A stretch of DNA of 32,000 nt from Zymomonas mobilis subsp. mobilis ATCC 10988 (GTDB lineage: Bacteria > Pseudomonadota > Alphaproteobacteria > Sphingomonadales > Sphingomonadaceae). Each line of letters opens with the position of its first letter. The first letter of the stretch is position 1. This document shows positions 28,462 through 32,000 of this stretch, in pieces. The stretch is taken from positions 690,001 through 722,000 of the forward strand of contig NC_017262.1 in the NCBI RefSeq assembly GCF_000175255.2, given 5' to 3'. Made by a program: the position numbers and the translations under genes. Under the pieces are notes generated by a model. It made no database searches and was not told the DNA's origin. It saw only the letters and a list, made by a program, of their open reading frames with translations.

Positions 28462-28701
28462 TCAGGCAACGAAGATCAGCAGAATCGAGATAACGAATGA
28501 CAGAAGACCCAAAAGTTCAGCAGCGGCGAAACCGATGAACAAACGGCCCTGCTGGCCATCGGCCGCAGCCGGATTACGCAGTGCGCTTTCAAGGAAGCCA
28601 GCGAAAACGCTACCAACGCCAACGGAAGCAACACCGGCACCAACAGCAGCAACACCACCACCGACTAACTTACCGAGCACTCTTGCAGCTTCAACGTCCA
28701 T
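28462..28701 (-). CDS. atpE: F0F1 ATP synthase subunit c
   Basis: 79 aa two-helix proteolipid with the RNP loop (ALRNPAA) and the conserved carboxylate helix (FAAAELLGLL). Confidence 0.92.
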   Translation of the reverse strand: MDVEAARVLGKLVGGGVAAVGAGVASVGVGSVFAGFLESALRNPAAADGQQGRLFIGFAAAELLGLLSFVISILLIFVA

Positions 28702-28736
28702 GACAATACTCCTTTACCATTCCATATACTGGGAAA

Positions 28737-29537
28737 TCAGTGAAGATTGATCGCGTCGTTCAAATAGAGCGACGTAAGCAAGGCGAAAACATAGGCTTGA
28801 ATGGCGCAAACCAAAAATTCAAGCGCAGAAATACCAATCATTAAAAGAAAGGTCGGGATACCCACTAGGGTATAATAACCTGCTAGAAAAGCAGGCGAGG
28901 CAGATTGAACCGGCGGGTTAACAATAAAGTTAGCCAAAACTTCCAAAAGGACATGCCCAGCGGTCATGGCGACGAAAAGACGAAGCGCAAGACTGAAAGG
29001 CCGCAAAATGAAAGAAAAGGCTTCAATCCCGGGGATCAGCCAAATAAGTGCCATGGGGGTACCATGCGGCACAAACAGCTTGAAAAAGCCGAGTCCATGA
29101 CGCGTGAAACCCACAACAAGCACGGTACCAAATGCAATCGCCGCCAGTGTTGCCGTAACGGTAACATGACTGGTTGACGTGAAAGGTTCTGCACCCGGCA
29201 AGAAACCGAATAACGGAACCAATCCAAGCAAATTGGCAAAAAGGATGAACATAAAAAGGGTGAAGATCAGCGGGGTAAACGGACGACCTTTGGGGCCGAT
29301 GTTTGTGCTGACCATATCGTTAACAAAGCGAGTCATGACTTCCACGGCCATCTGCCAGCGACCGGGAATCAACGCCTTCCTCCGACCACCTGCCATAAAA
29401 ATAGCAAGAGCGGCCATTGCAATCACCATCCAGAGAGCGGAGTTGGTGAAGGAAATATCATATTTTCCGATATGAAGCCCATGTAAAGGCTCCACGGTAA
29501 ACTGATGCATGGGGTCTACATTATTAGTAGCAGCCAT
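28737..29537 (-). CDS. atpB: F0F1 ATP synthase subunit a
   Basis: 266 aa polytopic protein with the conserved Arg helix (RPFSLALRLFVAMTAGH). Confidence 0.92.
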   Translation of the reverse strand: MAATNNVDPMHQFTVEPLHGLHIGKYDISFTNSALWMVIAMAALAIFMAGGRRKALIPGRWQMAVEVMTRFVNDMVSTNIGPKGRPFTPLIFTLFMFILFANLLGLVPLFGFLPGAEPFTSTSHVTVTATLAAIAFGTVLVVGFTRHGLGFFKLFVPHGTPMALIWLIPGIEAFSFILRPFSLALRLFVAMTAGHVLLEVLANFIVNPPVQSASPAFLAGYYTLVGIPTFLLMIGISALEFLVCAIQAYVFALLTSLYLNDAINLH

Positions 29538-29581
29538 ATTACGAGCCCCTAGCTATCTATCCATTAAAGAACATACAGGTT

Positions 29582-29899
29582 TTACTCTGGATGTTCACGA
29601 GAAATCCGTACCACATTTCTAAACGCAATACAGACCCCTAATAGAAGAAATATGATCAGAAATATTGGTTTAGTTCCAATCAGGCGATCGAACAACCACC
29701 CGATAAGTCCGCCACCAGCCGGGCCCGCAATCATCTCAGTCAACACTCTGTTTCCTTGAGCAAAACCTTTAACCGCAGGCTTATTGGCTTTTGCCAGACG
29801 ACTTTCAGAATCGCTTCTGCTCGTCGCAAGCATGGCCTCTAATTCTGCCATTCTAGGGTCTTGTGGTCCCAGCCCTTTATTAGAATCGTTACTCATCAT
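29582..29899 (-). CDS. atpI: ATP synthase protein I-like small membrane protein (AtpI/AtpZ family)
   Basis: About 105 aa with two C-terminal hydrophobic helices, immediately upstream of atpB as in alphaproteobacterial F0 operons. ATG 29899 is preferred over TTG 29905. Confidence 0.65.
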   Translation of the reverse strand: MMSNDSNKGLGPQDPRMAELEAMLATSRSDSESRLAKANKPAVKGFAQGNRVLTEMIAGPAGGGLIGWLFDRLIGTKPIFLIIFLLLGVCIAFRNVVRISREHPE

Positions 29900-29929
29900 C
29901 GCCAACTCGCTACGCCTTGAATTCCAACC

Positions 29930-29944
29930 CCTTGAATTTCAAGG
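29930..29944. promoter_or_regulatory. Perfect 7-bp palindrome CCTTGAA-T-TTCAAGG; its left arm is repeated as CCTTGAATT at 29915-29923
   Basis: Read directly. It lies 30-45 nt upstream of atpI on the minus strand. Function unknown. Confidence 0.3.
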
Positions 29945-30146
29945 ATAAATGCTATTCAGCATGACGAGTAACTATCTCGTCAAGTAGGTCTTTTTTAAGA
30001 AGACGGGTGAAGCAAGTCAACTCAAAGCACAGAGAATGAAAAACCAAACTTCTCTATTATTCCCATCGCAAAAAGAGACCAGTTCAGCAGAATAACGCCT
30101 ATTTACAGGTAAAAAGCCCTTCCAAAGCATTTTTTACCGAGTCTTT

Positions 30147-30545
30147 TTAACCGCAGGTTGAAGGTAATGCGATCGGGCCATTTTTTTTCTGCCACTTCCC
30201 ATCGGTCAAAGCATAAAATTGACCATCTTGGACGCGACTGGCCAATGTTTTACATCCGACAGCGACAGCCCATTCTTCGACAGTAACCCCACGTTTAGCG
30301 GCTTCTGCGGTATAGGCAGCACGTCTTCTAATATTCAAAGCATCAACAGCTGTTTTGACCGGCGGCGGTGGTGTTTGGGCAAAGCCCATATAGCCATCAA
30401 TCTTTTCACCAATCACGCCGTTAGCTATGGCTGATTGTAAAATATCATCACCGCCTTGAGCAAAAGAAGGCACGGCTAAGGATAGCCCCATAACAAGAGC
30501 CGCACGGACAATAGCTTTGGGCCATTTCATTTTTACGTTGGTCAT
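30147..30545 (-). CDS. ydbL: YdbL-family periplasmic protein (DUF1318)
   Basis: Signal peptide followed by a GVIGEKIDGYMGF...LNIRRRAAYTAEAAKRGVTVEEWAV pattern like E. coli YdbL. The start overlaps the ynbE stop (ATGA). Confidence 0.75.
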   Translation of the reverse strand: MTNVKMKWPKAIVRAALVMGLSLAVPSFAQGGDDILQSAIANGVIGEKIDGYMGFAQTPPPPVKTAVDALNIRRRAAYTAEAAKRGVTVEEWAVAVGCKTLASRVQDGQFYALTDGKWQKKNGPIALPSTCG

Positions 30546-30742
30546 TGTGGGAATAACTCCGGATTATTTTGAATAAAGTCGCCAGCATCTTTTTGAAGAT
30601 GAACGACAACCTCCTGCCGGACATTGACATTAAGATTTATCTCAATCGGTTTGTCAGGTGCCTTAACCGAGATACAGCCCCCTACCATCAGCAAGCTGGC
30701 GAAAAGAAGGCTCTTCTCTATTACTCCGGTCTTCTGCCTCAT
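30542..30742 (-). CDS. ynbE: YnbE-family lipoprotein
   Basis: 66 aa with a lipobox (LLMVGGC), then KPIEINLNVNVRQEVVV matching the YnbE signature (PITINMNVKIEHEI in E. coli). Confidence 0.75.
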   Translation of the reverse strand: MRQKTGVIEKSLLFASLLMVGGCISVKAPDKPIEINLNVNVRQEVVVHLQKDAGDFIQNNPELFPQ

Positions 30743-30796
30743 ATATAATCCTAATAGATGGTTACTAATATAGACTCTTTTTCTTCATTTTTAAGG

Positions 30797-32000
30797 TTAG
30801 AAGGCGCCTTCAGTAGCCAGCTCTGACTGATTAAGAACTGAACGAGGATTGTTATAAGAGCGCATCGCGTTCAGTAATCCACGGAAAGGTGCCTTTACTT
30901 GGACATTGAAATGGAAAGGTACTTTTTCAATCTCACGCGCCAAATAAGAACGATCGGCTTTCGTCTCGACTTCTCGAACACCGCCAAATTGAATGGAACT
31001 AACAAAATCGCCGTCAAGGCTACCATTCAAAAGAACATCTAAGCGTTGATAGCGGACCCCCTTCAAAACATCAAAAGCCACCTTACCTAACATTCCCTGA
31101 TGAGCATTAGAGACTGGGCCAACATAACTCACAACCCCACCAGGTTTACGGCTGGCCAGACGGCCGCCTTCGATTTTGCCACTATTGGCGCTAAATTCGA
31201 TCGGTAAAATTCCATCGAAACGACCACTAACAAATATATTTTTTAACTGGAGATTCTCGACCAACGGGGCACTATCCATATCCGATACATGGAAAACAAC
31301 TTTATGGGAGCCTGTATGCCCAAAATCGAGGACAGAACCATCCAATGTCAAATGACCATCAAAGAAAGGCCAATCGCCTTTTTCAACAACGACCACCCTA
31401 TTGGGTAAAAGCTGATACCGTATCTGTCCGCTTTTGATAGCTAAACCAGCATTGATCTCATCGACGGTTGCCAGCTGATTGGGGGGCGTTTTCAAATTCA
31501 AAAGATCAGAAAAAGCGACCTTCCCTTTAAAGCCTGAAACCGTGCCAAAGGCCGCCGCGAAATCGAGACCGTTAGTAACAAACTGTCCCGTGCTAACAAC
31601 GTTCTTTCTCTTCCAGTCAATTCTACCTTGGCCAGATAAACTTCCCTTCACATCCGCAAAAATACCCAAGGTTAAAGGCGTAATTTGTTCTGGTTGCAGG
31701 CTTTTATTAAACGACACATTATTGACGTGGAATAAAACATGACCACGGCTATCACCAAAATGATGCTCAATCCTTGTATCTAAAAGATGGATAGTCCGGA
31801 TGTCCAAAGGACGGTCTATACCCGCTGTAATATGGACACGATCTTTATTGATTTGCATCAACAAGTCTTGCGACCGTACCGGTAAAAAACGAGGCGAGGC
31901 TTGATCTGCATCGGCAATATCTACAGCACCATGCAAAACAATATCGGTATTATCGGTTGCCTTCTCGCCGCCCTTATTCTGCCATTCCCAATGAGCAGCA
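30797..32000 (-). CDS. ydbH: YdbH-like AsmA-family intermembrane lipid-transfer protein, C-terminal part (5' end outside the window)
   Basis: The frame stays open to the window edge; I translated 31937-31999 and found no stop. The sequence is beta-rich and repetitive, and sits upstream of ynbE-ydbL in the conserved three-gene arrangement. Confidence 0.65.
   Translation of the reverse strand, partial: AAHWEWQNKGGEKATDNTDIVLHGAVDIADADQASPRFLPVRSQDLLMQINKDRVHITAGIDRPLDIRTIHLLDTRIEHHFGDSRGHVLFHVNNVSFNKSLQPEQITPLTLGIFADVKGSLSGQGRIDWKRKNVVSTGQFVTNGLDFAAAFGTVSGFKGKVAFSDLLNLKTPPNQLATVDEINAGLAIKSGQIRYQLLPNRVVVVEKGDWPFFDGHLTLDGSVLDFGHTGSHKVVFHVSDMDSAPLVENLQLKNIFVSGRFDGILPIEFSANSGKIEGGRLASRKPGGVVSYVGPVSNAHQGMLGKVAFDVLKGVRYQRLDVLLNGSLDGDFVSSIQFGGVREVETKADRSYLAREIEKVPFHFNVQVKAPFRGLLNAMRSYNNPRSVLNQSELATEGAF

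Overview
This window looks like a chromosomal segment from a Zymomonas mobilis-like alphaproteobacterium. The organism call rests on a periplasmic glucose-fructose oxidoreductase with a long twin-arginine leader, which I recognise from memory and did not search. Most of the window is housekeeping: ohr, gyrA, trmFO, gfo, an AEC-transporter/AlsS-like pair, leuB, metZ, a LysR regulator, recO, uvrC, the F0 ATP synthase operon atpI-B-E-F'-F, and ydbH-ynbE-ydbL. The accessory part is a minus-strand type I-F CRISPR-Cas operon at about 11.2-19.3 kb: cas1, cas2-3, csy1/cas8f, csy2/cas5f, csy3/cas7f and cas6f. Five of these genes are full length. cas6f stops after about 59 codons, where a roughly 0.85 kb IS5-family (IS427-like) element begins. 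That element has 20/21 matching terminal inverted repeats and a two-ORF transposase with a -1 frame offset. The far flank of the IS does not resume cas6f. It runs straight into the promoter region of a small EF-hand gene. I found no CRISPR array anywhere in the 32 kb. The locus therefore appears to be a recently disabled I-F system lacking both an array and Cas6f, probably after an IS-associated deletion. I do not see convincing evidence for a wholly new system. Secondary observations are a non-acidic residue (Met) at the GyrA position equivalent to E. coli Asp87, a long Ala/Pro/Thr-rich N-terminal extension on ATP synthase subunit b, several perfect palindromes, and a 48-codon ORF in the very AT-rich cas1 upstream region. 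All calls come from reading the supplied translations and sequence by eye. No database searches were run.
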